Source: an uncultured Treponemataceae bacterium
GTDB taxonomy: Bacteria; Spirochaetota; Spirochaetia; Treponematales; UBA12059
Direction of reading: 5' to 3'
NCBI GenBank assembly: GCA_964576835.1
Contig: CAZNXK010000005.1
Location: 1 to 58,441 of the forward strand
DNA: 58,441 bases
Part shown: positions 51,046-58,441 of the stretch, piece by piece
Numbering within the stretch: position 1 is the stretch's first letter
Layout of the letters: each line of letters starts with the position of its first letter
The notes under the pieces: model-generated
The model's input: only the letters and a program-made list of their open reading frames with translations
Databases searched by the model: none
What the model was told of the DNA's origin: nothing
Position numbers and translations under genes: made by a program

Positions 51046-52013
51046 GGTTGATCTCCTTTGGTTACTGCACGGAACGGAATCCAGGTCTCAAGGGTACCAA
51101 GCAAAGCCAGAAGACCGACGGCAACGAAGCCGGCCACCCCGCTCGCTATGAGAAGGATGAGCACTATCGGTCCTGTGAATCGCAAGGCAGGGGCCAGTCC
51201 GGCGCGATCGGCAAGCGCTCCGGCAACGGCTAGACCCTGGACACCGTAGCAGATGGATAAAGCTAAGGCCGCGTTCAAGGCGACCGCCGAAAGGACGATT
51301 GATGGAAAGAAACGGTTGGCGAGCAGCCCGGCCCAGGCGGCGAGCAGAGCCCATACAAGCGGGCCCGGCACGCGGTATCCGGATAACCGGGGAGGCAGGA
51401 GGGCGGGATCGGCAGGCTGCACGGCTGCAAGCTGGCCATTGCCGCCGAGGCGGGTGCCTATGAACGCGCTCGCGAACAGGAACGTGAAAAGGATGGCTCC
51501 GAAACTTGAAAGGACGCCGGTCTTTACTATATTCCACAGCATGGCGGAATCGAGGGCCTCGGCTCCCATCGCCGAGGCAGCCTTCTCGAAGGCCGCCATG
51601 AACATGTCGCGGACAGTAGCGTCTCCGGCCGCCGCGATGAACGAAGGCAGGCAAAGCGCCGAAGCCAAAACCGCCCCGACGAGTGAACGCGACGCGAAGT
51701 CCATCCGCGAAAGTCGCGGCCAGGCAATGAATGCGAGCGAGAACAGCATTGCCGCTGGCGCCGAGACGCCTATGGCCAGCGTACCGGCGCTCAAGGCACC
51801 GCCGGAGGTCAGCATGGCGATCTGCCACGCTGAAATGACAACAGCGGATATCCCGGCGCTGGCGAGCATAGCCCTGAATCCCCTCCTGGCTCCCGAGACC
51901 TGCACGGGCACCAGGAAGACGGGCATGAAGGCCGCCGTACAATACAGTACGGCAGACAACGCGCCCAAGAGCAAGGGCAGAGCGTTTCGCCTGAGCCGGG
52001 CCTTGTCTATCAA
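51042..52013 (-). CDS. polytopic membrane protein, YybS/DUF2232-like by position and topology
   Basis: ~8 predicted TM helices, between rpsR and rplI. Probable TTG start at 52013, 6 nt after the rpsR stop; the track's ATG 52100 would overlap rpsR by 82 nt. ATGA overlap with rplI. Confidence 0.65.
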   Translation of the reverse strand: MIDKARLRRNALPLLLGALSAVLYCTAAFMPVFLVPVQVSGARRGFRAMLASAGISAVVISAWQIAMLTSGGALSAGTLAIGVSAPAAMLFSLAFIAWPRLSRMDFASRSLVGAVLASALCLPSFIAAAGDATVRDMFMAAFEKAASAMGAEALDSAMLWNIVKTGVLSSFGAILFTFLFASAFIGTRLGGNGQLAAVQPADPALLPPRLSGYRVPGPLVWALLAAWAGLLANRFFPSIVLSAVALNAALALSICYGVQGLAVAGALADRAGLAPALRFTGPIVLILLIASGVAGFVAVGLLALLGTLETWIPFRAVTKGDQP

Positions 52014-52018
52014 GTTCT

Positions 52019-52321
52019 TTACTTCGTCACGTACGGGATATACGCCAGGGCTCTGGCCCTCTTGATGGCGATCGCCAGCCTGCGCTGGTGCTTTGCGCAT
52101 GTGCCGGTTATGCGGCGCGGCAGGATCTTTCCGCGCTCGGTGACGTAGCGCCTGATCGTCTCAGGCTCCTTGTAGTCGATCCTGAGCTTCTGGACGCAGA
52201 ACTTGCAGACCTTCTTGCGGAAGAAACCCTTGCGGCCACCTCGGCCGCCACGCTCGTCGCCTTCCCGCCTTGGCTCGTCGCCGCGGGATCCGCGATCATC
52301 TCTACTGTTCATATCGGACAT
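52019..52321 (-). CDS. rpsR: 30S ribosomal protein S18 with Arg/Gly/Asp-rich N-terminal extension
   Basis: KKVCKFC...[49 protein letters not shown] upstream of ATG 52321. Confidence 0.93.
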   Translation of the reverse strand: MSDMNSRDDRGSRGDEPRREGDERGGRGGRKGFFRKKVCKFCVQKLRIDYKEPETIRRYVTERGKILPRRITGTCAKHQRRLAIAIKRARALAYIPYVTK

Positions 52322-52354
52322 ACATAGTCTCCTTAGATTGTTTCCCGTCCATGA

Positions 52355-52813
52355 TCAGAACGGTATATCGTCCGAGAAATCATCCGGCGCGGGCGCTTGT
52401 GGAGCCTGGCTCTGCGGCCGACCGGCTTCATGGCCCTGGCTTTCCCGTTGGCTGCCCTGCGGAGCGCCGCCTGACTGTCCTCCTCCCGCATTGGAGCCGA
52501 GGAGCTGCACGCTGTTGGCGCTGATGATAACTTTCATGCGGGACTGGCCATCCTGTTCCCAGCGGTCCTGGCGCATGGCGCCTTCGACTGCAACCAGTTT
52601 TCCCTTGACGAGGTACTGGCTGATCGACTCACCCTGCTTGCCCCACAGATCGACGTCCCAGAAACTGGCTTCGTCGATCCACTGGTCGCCTTTCTTCTTC
52701 CTGGAGCCTGTCGCAACGGAGAAGTGGCATACGGCCTGTCCGGAATTGGTGTACTTGAGTTCCGCGTCGCGGGTCAGCCTTCCAACAAGGACAGCCACGC
52801 TGAGATCGGCCAT
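52355..52813 (-). CDS. ssb: single-stranded DNA-binding protein
   Basis: OB fold (VLVGRLTRDAELKYT...), Gly/Gln-rich linker, C-terminal DDIPF tip. Confidence 0.95.
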   Translation of the reverse strand: MADLSVAVLVGRLTRDAELKYTNSGQAVCHFSVATGSRKKKGDQWIDEASFWDVDLWGKQGESISQYLVKGKLVAVEGAMRQDRWEQDGQSRMKVIISANSVQLLGSNAGGGQSGGAPQGSQRESQGHEAGRPQSQAPQAPAPDDFSDDIPF

Positions 52814-52826
52814 GCTTTCCCTCCCG

Positions 52827-53108
52827 TCAGTCTTCTGCCCGGATGAAAAGGTATTTCAGGATGTTCGTTTCGAGTTTGAACACCTTTTCCGCGGCGATCA
52901 CCTTTTCGGGCGGCAGCTTGTAGACGTACAGGACATAGCGTCCGCGCATCCTGTCCTTGATCTCGTAGGCAAGCTGGCGCTCGCCAAGCTCGTCTTCCTT
53001 GACGAATTCTCCGCCGAGCTCCTTGAGCGTGGCCGAGACTGATTCTTTCGCCGGACGGTAGAGTTCTTCTTCCGTCGGAAAGATAACGGTTAGTTCGTAG
53101 GGTCGCAT
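52827..53108 (-). CDS. rpsF: 30S ribosomal protein S6
   Basis: MRPYELTVIFPTEEE. GGGAGG precedes ATG 53108. The upstream extension in the track ORF is rejected. Confidence 0.93.
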   Translation of the reverse strand: MRPYELTVIFPTEEELYRPAKESVSATLKELGGEFVKEDELGERQLAYEIKDRMRGRYVLYVYKLPPEKVIAAEKVFKLETNILKYLFIRAED

Positions 53109-53130
53109 CGATCCTCCCTGTGGTCTGGTG

Positions 53131-53151
53131 ATCCGTCCGTAACGGACGGAT
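53131..53151 (-). promoter_or_regulatory. perfect 9-bp hairpin in the rpsF 5' leader (candidate S6:S18 autoregulatory element)
   Basis: ATCCGTCCG-TTA-CGGACGGAT, 22 nt upstream of the rpsF ATG and inside the predicted ~100-nt leader. Confidence 0.4.
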
Positions 53152-53219
53152 AAGGAGTCATAAGCCGGACGGCGGCGCGCCTGCGTAGCGCGCTTGCCGA
53201 AAAGCATACAAATCGGCCG

Positions 53220-53249
53220 ATACTACCCTGGAACCGCCTTCGATATCAA
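53220..53249 (-). promoter_or_regulatory. candidate sigma70 promoter of the rpsF-ssb-rpsR operon
   Basis: Minus strand reads TTGATA-18 nt-TAGTAT. Confidence 0.4.
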
Positions 53250-53276
53250 GCGATCGCCATTGGCTTGGCTGGGAGC

Positions 53277-53305
53277 TTTACCGCTGGCGCTGTGCGAGCT
53301 ATGAT
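53277..53305 (+). promoter_or_regulatory. candidate promoter giving a leaderless transcript of ORF 53312
   Basis: TTTACC-17 nt-TATGAT, then 6 nt (gagcgc) to ATG 53312. No SD. Confidence 0.4.
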
Positions 53306-53311
53306 GAGCGC

Positions 53312-53755
53312 ATGCCCCACGTTATCCATTACGAAGACGACATTTTCATCATCGACGGGCTGGTCCGCGTGATATGCGATGCCTCGAGGCTGGAACCGGA
53401 TCCTGATGTCATAGGCGACATGGTCCTCTCGGCGACCAGGCTGGCGGATTCGACGCTCAGGCGCGTCAAGGATCTCGTCCTGCAGAACGACCACCTGGTC
53501 GAGCGCCAGGAGTACGTCAGATTGCTGGCAAGGACGACCAGGGCGCTTGCCGACGCGCTGTCAGACATCCTGCGGCCTGATTCGCCGCTGGCTCAGTGCA
53601 CCGCGAGCTCCGCCGACGAGATGGAGCGCATGGCTTCCGCCCATCGGGCTTCTGCGGCCGAATTGCGGGACATCCTGCAGGAAGCGAGCGGAGACAATGC
53701 TTCCAACGAAGACCTCGTATCGGGAGACGAACTCTCGGAGCTGCTCAGACTATGA
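53312..53755 (+). CDS. hypothetical protein (147 aa, predicted helical, acidic C-terminus)
   Basis: Clean ORF filling the gap between the rpsF promoter region and coaX. No family recognised. Confidence 0.6.
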   Translation: MPHVIHYEDDIFIIDGLVRVICDASRLEPDPDVIGDMVLSATRLADSTLRRVKDLVLQNDHLVERQEYVRLLARTTRALADALSDILRPDSPLAQCTASSADEMERMASAHRASAAELRDILQEASGDNASNEDLVSGDELSELLRL

Positions 53756-53762
53756 TGGCCGA

Positions 53763-54524
53763 TCAGAACAGGTAGCGCTCCATCTCCGCCAGTCCGGATA
53801 GAGTCAGATCCGGATCGATGGCGTCGAAGACGTCCGTCAGGCCTGAAATCACCCTGCACAACCCACCGGTCGCGATGACCCTGGCGCCGCCGAGTTCACC
53901 GCGTATCCGGCCGACCATGTACTCGACCAGACCCGTATAGCCAAGTACGACGCCCGCCTGTATAGCCTCTACCGTGTTGCGGCCCATCGCAGAAGCCGGC
54001 GCCTCGAGAGGCACCGCCGGAAGCTGGGCTGTGGCGCTCGAGAGGGAGCCTGCGGCGGTTCCCAGGCCGGGGGCTATGGAAACGCCGACGATGGCGCCAT
54101 TCGAGTCAACAGCGGTGAATGTCAGCGCGGTACCGAAATCGACGACGAGGCAGGCGCCCCCGAAACGTGTCCACGCGGCGACGGCGTTGGCCACCAGGTC
54201 CGAGCCGATCTCGTTGGCCGCTACGACGGTGACGGGCAACTTGTCGTAAACCGCCGGTCCGAGAAGCACCGGCTCGACGCCGAACAGATGCCTGGACATC
54301 TTCTCCATCGCCGCCGTGAGCATCGGGACCACGGAGCTCAGGATGACCCTGTCGACCTTTGACACCACGATTCCCTTGTCCTCGAGGATTGCCTTGACGA
54401 CTACTCCGTATTCGTCCTCGGTCTTCCCTGAAACGGTCCGTATGCGCAACGTTTCGACGAGACGGCCGGAATCGAAAATTCCGCCGACAATATTGGTATT
54501 GCCGGCATCGATGACGAACAACAT
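53763..54524 (-). CDS. coaX: type III pantothenate kinase
   Basis: MLFVIDAGNTNIVGGIF, VDFGTALTF and GGL motifs. Confidence 0.92.
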   Translation of the reverse strand: MLFVIDAGNTNIVGGIFDSGRLVETLRIRTVSGKTEDEYGVVVKAILEDKGIVVSKVDRVILSSVVPMLTAAMEKMSRHLFGVEPVLLGPAVYDKLPVTVVAANEIGSDLVANAVAAWTRFGGACLVVDFGTALTFTAVDSNGAIVGVSIAPGLGTAAGSLSSATAQLPAVPLEAPASAMGRNTVEAIQAGVVLGYTGLVEYMVGRIRGELGGARVIATGGLCRVISGLTDVFDAIDPDLTLSGLAEMERYLF

Positions 54525-54592
54525 GGGTCCATAATCACGGCCAGCGCGTGCGCTGTCAAGCTTTCATCATCACCTCGATCATGTTAGGTCGC

Positions 54593-54622
54593 TTGCGCAT
54601 GGAGCCGCCGTCAGGCCATAAT
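54593..54622 (+). promoter_or_regulatory. candidate sigma70 promoter for hisS
   Basis: TTGCGC-18 nt-CATAAT. GAGGAGAG SD before ATG 54648. Confidence 0.35.
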
Positions 54623-54647
54623 CAGCCCGATACGAGGAGAGAACAAG

Positions 54648-55955
54648 ATGGCCGACATCATACAGCCCCGCGTGCTCAAGGGCTTCAGGGACTTCCTGCC
54701 GCAAGCGGAGATGGAGCGCGCGGCGCTGCTCGAAGCTCTGACGGCGACCTTCAGGAGCTTCGGCTACGTTCCCATAGATACGCCGGTGCTCGAATACGCT
54801 GAAATACTTCTGGGCAAGGCCGGCGGCGAGACGGAGAAACAGGTCTACCGTTTCAAGGATCAGGGCGGCCGTGACGTTGCCATGCGCTTCGACCTGACCG
54901 TGCCGCTCGCCCGTTTCATGGCAGAGCATGCGGGAGAGCTGTACCTTCCGTTCAAGCGATACCATATGGCCAAGGTCTGGCGCGGCGAGAACACGCAGCG
55001 CGGACGCTACCGTGAATTCATGCAGTGCGATTTCGATATCGTCGGGGTCGATACCGCATCCGCCGACTTCGACATAGTGGCGACAATAGCCCAGGCGATG
55101 AAGTCGCTTGGCGTACCCGATTCGGCCATACACGTCAACCACCGCGGCGTCTTCAACCGCTTCCTCGCCAGGGCAGGCATCGCAGATAAATCAGTCGAAA
55201 CGCTCAGGATAGTAGACAAGTTGTCAAAGATCGGCGAAGAAGAGACGCGGCGCCTTCTGGCTTCGCTTGTCGGCGACGGCGCTGCTTCGGAGATACTGGA
55301 ATTCATCAAGGCAGGCGAAGGCTTCCAGAAAACTCTCGACCGCATGACGCGGATAGCCGGAGGATCCAATCCCGATTCCGACAGGCTTTCCGAACTTTTC
55401 GACATGGCGGACGCCTGCGGCCTCGTAGGTTCGATATCGCTGTCGCCGAACATCACCCGCGGTCTCGACTACTACACGGGCGTCGTTTTCGAGACTTTCC
55501 TCGACGCGGTTCCTGATATCGGCTCGGTATGCTCGGGTGGCCGGTACAACGATCTTGCCTCGCTCTACACCAAGCAGCGTCTCCCCGGCGTAGGCGCGGC
55601 GATAGGCCTCGACAGGCTGCTTGCGGCGCTGGACACCATAGGAAAGACCGGCAAGGCTGCCGGCTACACCCAGGTACTTGTGGTCAACGTCGAATCGTCG
55701 CTCTGCGCCGAGTACCAGGCGGCGGGAGCCGCGCTGCGCGCAGCCGGCATCGCCTGTGAAGTCTTTCCCGAGACTCGGAAACCTGGCCAGCAATATGCCT
55801 ACGCCGAGCAGAAGGGCGCGTTGTTCGCCCTGGTTCGCGGGTCCGAAGAAAAAAGGCGTGACGTGTGGCTTCTGCGTGACCTTGCCGGCAGGACCAATGC
55901 CGAATACCCCAGCGTCGAAGCCGCCGCGGCCGCGATACCGCGACAAGACCGGTGA
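54648..55955 (+). CDS. hisS: histidine--tRNA ligase
   Basis: PRVLKGFRDFLP, FKRYHMAKVWRGENTQRGRYREFMQCDFD, GGRYNDL (class II motifs). Confidence 0.94.
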   Translation: MADIIQPRVLKGFRDFLPQAEMERAALLEALTATFRSFGYVPIDTPVLEYAEILLGKAGGETEKQVYRFKDQGGRDVAMRFDLTVPLARFMAEHAGELYLPFKRYHMAKVWRGENTQRGRYREFMQCDFDIVGVDTASADFDIVATIAQAMKSLGVPDSAIHVNHRGVFNRFLARAGIADKSVETLRIVDKLSKIGEEETRRLLASLVGDGAASEILEFIKAGEGFQKTLDRMTRIAGGSNPDSDRLSELFDMADACGLVGSISLSPNITRGLDYYTGVVFETFLDAVPDIGSVCSGGRYNDLASLYTKQRLPGVGAAIGLDRLLAALDTIGKTGKAAGYTQVLVVNVESSLCAEYQAAGAALRAAGIACEVFPETRKPGQQYAYAEQKGALFALVRGSEEKRRDVWLLRDLAGRTNAEYPSVEAAAAAIPRQDR

Positions 55956-56641
55956 TGGCGGCCGCAAGGAAACCCGGTGGCAACCTCCTTTCGCTATCGG
56001 TTGCGATGATTGCCTTGCATGCGGTCGCGTGCTCGGTAGCACCGCCTGTCTTCATGTCGGTTGATTCCAGGCTCGTCGTACAGGCAAGCGACGGGGCCGG
56101 CGCGAGGGACGAGCGCTTGTCGGTCTTTGCCTCGGTCTCCGATGGCGACGGCGTCAACGATATCGAATACCTCTACGTCATCCATGACGGCGACGAGCTG
56201 TGCTGGACGCTTACAGCGGAAAACTGGAAGAGGAGCGACGAGGGATCGAGTGTCTGGCTAGGTTCAAACGGGCTCGACTCGCCCGGACCAGAGATGCCTC
56301 GCGGAGAATACCGCCTTGTCCTGGTCGACAGGGCCGGACAGCGGGCCGAGCGCGCTTTTTCGCTGAGCGCTCCGGAGACTGGCGCGTACGCTTTGCCGTC
56401 GATACAGCTGTCGGGAACAATGATCAAGCTTGATTCGCCGTACCCTGCGAACACAGCCTTTTTCATCGATGCGGGCGGAAACATTGTCAGGACGGCAGCC
56501 CTGCCCGATGGGACGACCGGCCTCGACTCGCTCTGGCCGGATGGCGCATGGCGATCCGGTTCCGATTACCTTGCCGTCTACGGACTCGAGCCGAAAGCGG
56601 AGACAGGATTCTTTTCGTGGAAAATTCGACTACCGGACTAG
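55955..56641 (+). CDS. hypothetical lipoprotein
   Basis: LSLSVAMIALHAVAC|S lipobox. Beta-rich mature part. Start overlaps the hisS TGA (GTGATG). Confidence 0.65.
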   Translation: MAAARKPGGNLLSLSVAMIALHAVACSVAPPVFMSVDSRLVVQASDGAGARDERLSVFASVSDGDGVNDIEYLYVIHDGDELCWTLTAENWKRSDEGSSVWLGSNGLDSPGPEMPRGEYRLVLVDRAGQRAERAFSLSAPETGAYALPSIQLSGTMIKLDSPYPANTAFFIDAGGNIVRTAALPDGTTGLDSLWPDGAWRSGSDYLAVYGLEPKAETGFFSWKIRLPD

Positions 56642-57327
56642 GCGGACCCTTGTCCGCAAGAGACGTCGGCATCAGGAGCTACGTCATACGAGTCGGCCGC
56701 ATGTCCGATACGCAGAAAGACGCCCTCCGCACGCTCTACCCACGCTACGGAGTACGCTGGGAACCAGGGCGGCTTCTCGATTCCACGTTGCTCTTCGGGA
56801 AGCAGGCGCCATTCGTCGTCGAGGTAGGCTTCGGCATGGGCGCGGCTACCGCAGCGATTGCCGAGGCATTGCCCGGAACTGTATTCCTGGGGCTCGAGGT
56901 TCACGCGCCTGGCGTCGGCAAGCTGCTATCGGAAATCGAGGCGCGCAAGCTGGAAAACCTGCGCGTCTGCCGTCATGATGCCACCGAGGTGGTCGATTCG
57001 ATGATGGCCCCTGGCACTGTCGATGGCTTCAACGTCTTCTTCCCCGACCCGTGGCCCAAAAAACGCCACCACAAGCGCCGCATCATGAACCCTGCCTTCG
57101 TCAGGCTCATGGCCAGCCGGCTCAAGGCTCGCGGGTGGCTCTATTTCGTCACCGACTGGGAGGAATATGCCGATGCCACCCTCGAGGTGCTCTCGGCCGA
57201 ACCGTCGCTTTCCAACGCCTACGAAGGTTGGGCCCTGCGTGAAAGCTGGCGCCCGGTCACCAAGTTCGAACAGAGGGCCAGGGACGAAGGCAGGGTCGTT
57301 CGGGAACTTAAATTCACGAAGGCCTGA
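56617..57327 (+). CDS. trmB: tRNA (guanine-N7)-methyltransferase
   Basis: IRSYVIRVGRMSDTQKDAL, VEVGFGMG, FFPDPWPKKRHHKRR. GTG 56617 is needed to keep the conserved N-terminal segment. 25-nt overlap with the upstream ORF. Confidence 0.88.
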   Translation: MENSTTGLGGPLSARDVGIRSYVIRVGRMSDTQKDALRTLYPRYGVRWEPGRLLDSTLLFGKQAPFVVEVGFGMGAATAAIAEALPGTVFLGLEVHAPGVGKLLSEIEARKLENLRVCRHDATEVVDSMMAPGTVDGFNVFFPDPWPKKRHHKRRIMNPAFVRLMASRLKARGWLYFVTDWEEYADATLEVLSAEPSLSNAYEGWALRESWRPVTKFEQRARDEGRVVRELKFTKA

Positions 57328-57381
57328 CGTTTGATGATCAACGGTATATGATACCAAGCCTGACAATGGCATAGAGGGAAT

Positions 57382-58188
57382 ATGGCTACAGAATATCTGA
57401 TGGAAAACGACGATGAAAACCAGCGGCTGGAAGTCAAGACAAAAACCTCCGTGGTCGAGGAATTTGCGAAGCGCGCAGGCCTCGTTCCCGGCATGCGGGT
57501 CGTTGACGCGGGTTGCGGCCCGGGCCTCACGACATCGGTGTTGTCCGCCATGACCGGCGAGTCTGGATTGGCCACGGGTTTCGACATATCGGGGAATAGA
57601 ATCGCACGTGCCCGGGAACTTCATGAAAACGAGAGGACAAAATTCTTTGTCCGTGATTTTCTCGAGCCGATAGAAGACCTCGGCACGTTTGATTTTGCAT
57701 GGATTCGTTTTGCTCTTGAGTATTACAAGGGGCAGTGCTTCGAAATTGTCGGGAATATTTCATCGATGCTTGATGAGGGTGGAATCCTTTGCCTGATCGA
57801 CCTGGATTACAATTGCCTGAGTCATTACGGCATGAGTCAAAGGCTGGAGGCCGCTTTCTCCTCAGCGGTGCATCAACTTGAGATCAAGGCCAATTTCGAT
57901 CCGTATGCCGGACGCAAGCTGTATTCGCATCTCTACCGGCTTGGCTATACCGACATCAAGGTCGAGGCGGGAGCGCATCACCTGATATACGGCAAGCTCG
58001 CGGAAGCTGACCGGTACAACTGGGGGAAGAAGATAGAGGTATTGTCGCGCAAGCTGCATATCGATATTCCCGGATATTCAGGCCCGGATGAATTCTATGA
58101 GGATTTCATGCATTTCTTTCATGATCCAGGCCGATTCACGTATACGCCTGTAATAGCCGCTTGGGGGCGCAAGGCTGCAGAATCATGA
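57382..58188 (+). CDS. class I SAM-dependent methyltransferase, substrate unknown
   Basis: Motif [13 protein letters not shown]. Visibly lower GC than its neighbours. Confidence 0.8.
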   Translation: MATEYLMENDDENQRLEVKTKTSVVEEFAKRAGLVPGMRVVDAGCGPGLTTSVLSAMTGESGLATGFDISGNRIARARELHENERTKFFVRDFLEPIEDLGTFDFAWIRFALEYYKGQCFEIVGNISSMLDEGGILCLIDLDYNCLSHYGMSQRLEAAFSSAVHQLEIKANFDPYAGRKLYSHLYRLGYTDIKVEAGAHHLIYGKLAEADRYNWGKKIEVLSRKLHIDIPGYSGPDEFYEDFMHFFHDPGRFTYTPVIAAWGRKAAES

Positions 58189-58441
58189 GACAGCCACCTC
58201 ATTTTCCCTTTCAAGCACATTAAGAAGAGCCTGTACCGCGTTTTCATCCAGATGATGGCCGCTTTCGCTCTTGAGCATTTCAATGGCCGTATCGAACGGC
58301 TGCGGCTCGTGGTAATGCCTTTTGGCGCTTATTGCTTCGAAGAAATCCGCAACGGCCAGAATCCTGGCTCCCAGAGGGATCTCCTCGCCTTTGAGTCCCC
58401 TGGGATAGCCGCTTCCATCCCATTTTTCATGGTGGCAGTAT
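58183..58441 (-). CDS. HD-GYP domain protein, 3' part (5' end outside window)
   Basis: Reverse-strand translation from 58440 gives [44 protein letters not shown]...; stop at 58183-58185. Not in the ORF track because no start lies inside the window. Confidence 0.8.
   Translation of the reverse strand, partial: YCHHEKWDGSGYPRGLKGEEIPLGARILAVADFFEAISAKRHYHEPQPFDTAIEMLKSESGHHLDENAVQALLNVLERENEVAVS

Noticed and set aside
54525-54647. Possible T-box or other riboswitch upstream of hisS.
   Set aside because: The leader is too short (~25 nt after the candidate -10). It has no specifier or terminator-antiterminator architecture.

Overview
GC-rich, very densely packed bacterial core-genome segment: about 60 CDS, 3 tRNAs and one RNase P RNA. 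There is almost no intergenic DNA, and many adjacent genes overlap by 1-4 nt at start/stop (ATGA, GTGA, TGATG). I found no CRISPR array, transposase, integrase, prophage or obvious defence/toxin module. Most of the many long extra ORFs in the six-frame track are antisense or off-frame shadows of real genes, as expected at this GC content.

Gene content and synteny point to a spirochaete-like lineage (inference only): a cmk-rpsA fusion gene, rpsB-tsf-frr-uppS-cdsA-dxr-rseP without pyrH, and rpsF-ssb-rpsR...rplI-dnaB.

Recognisable blocks, in order:
- YD-repeat protein (3' part) plus LolC/D/E-like ABC transporter.
- recA-folK-scpA-scpB-rluB-cmk/rpsA, then a GAF sigma54-type activator, a TPR protein, a CHASE2 adenylate cyclase and a lipoprotein.
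- On the minus strand, a TPR gene, mreB-mreC-mreD-mrdA-rodA and a radical-SAM gene.
- COG1579 zinc-ribbon gene followed immediately by rnpB.
- tRNA-Thr, tRNA-Tyr, then ykgJ-MBL-orf75-mltG-dnaG-rpoD.
- NHL/TPR/surE/GHMP-kinase block, then a lipoprotein + HEAT pair, an MBL hydrolase and tRNA-Arg.
- maf, rpsB, tsf, frr, uppS, cdsA, dxr, rseP.
- CpXC-like zinc-ribbon protein and ComFB.
- dnaB-rplI-yybS-like-rpsR-ssb-rpsF (minus strand).
- coaX, hisS, lipoprotein, trmB, a SAM methyltransferase and a partial HD-GYP gene.

I do not see a clear new multi-gene system. The best leads are organisational or regulatory oddities:
- An uncharacterised radical-SAM fusion protein is translationally coupled to the end of the elongasome operon.
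- folK has no canonical start codon and begins on the recA stop.
- rnpB sits 8 nt behind a protein gene with no promoter space of its own.
- The dnaG-rpoD run begins directly behind a tRNA operon terminator.
- Several near-consensus promoters place the transcription start on or next to an ATG (leaderless).
- A CHASE2 cyclase is coupled to an orphan lipoprotein.
- Cyclic-nucleotide-related genes (ComFB, YybS-like without GdpP, HD-GYP) are scattered among the replication and ribosome genes.

All functional calls come from motif and family recognition by eye; no database searches were run.
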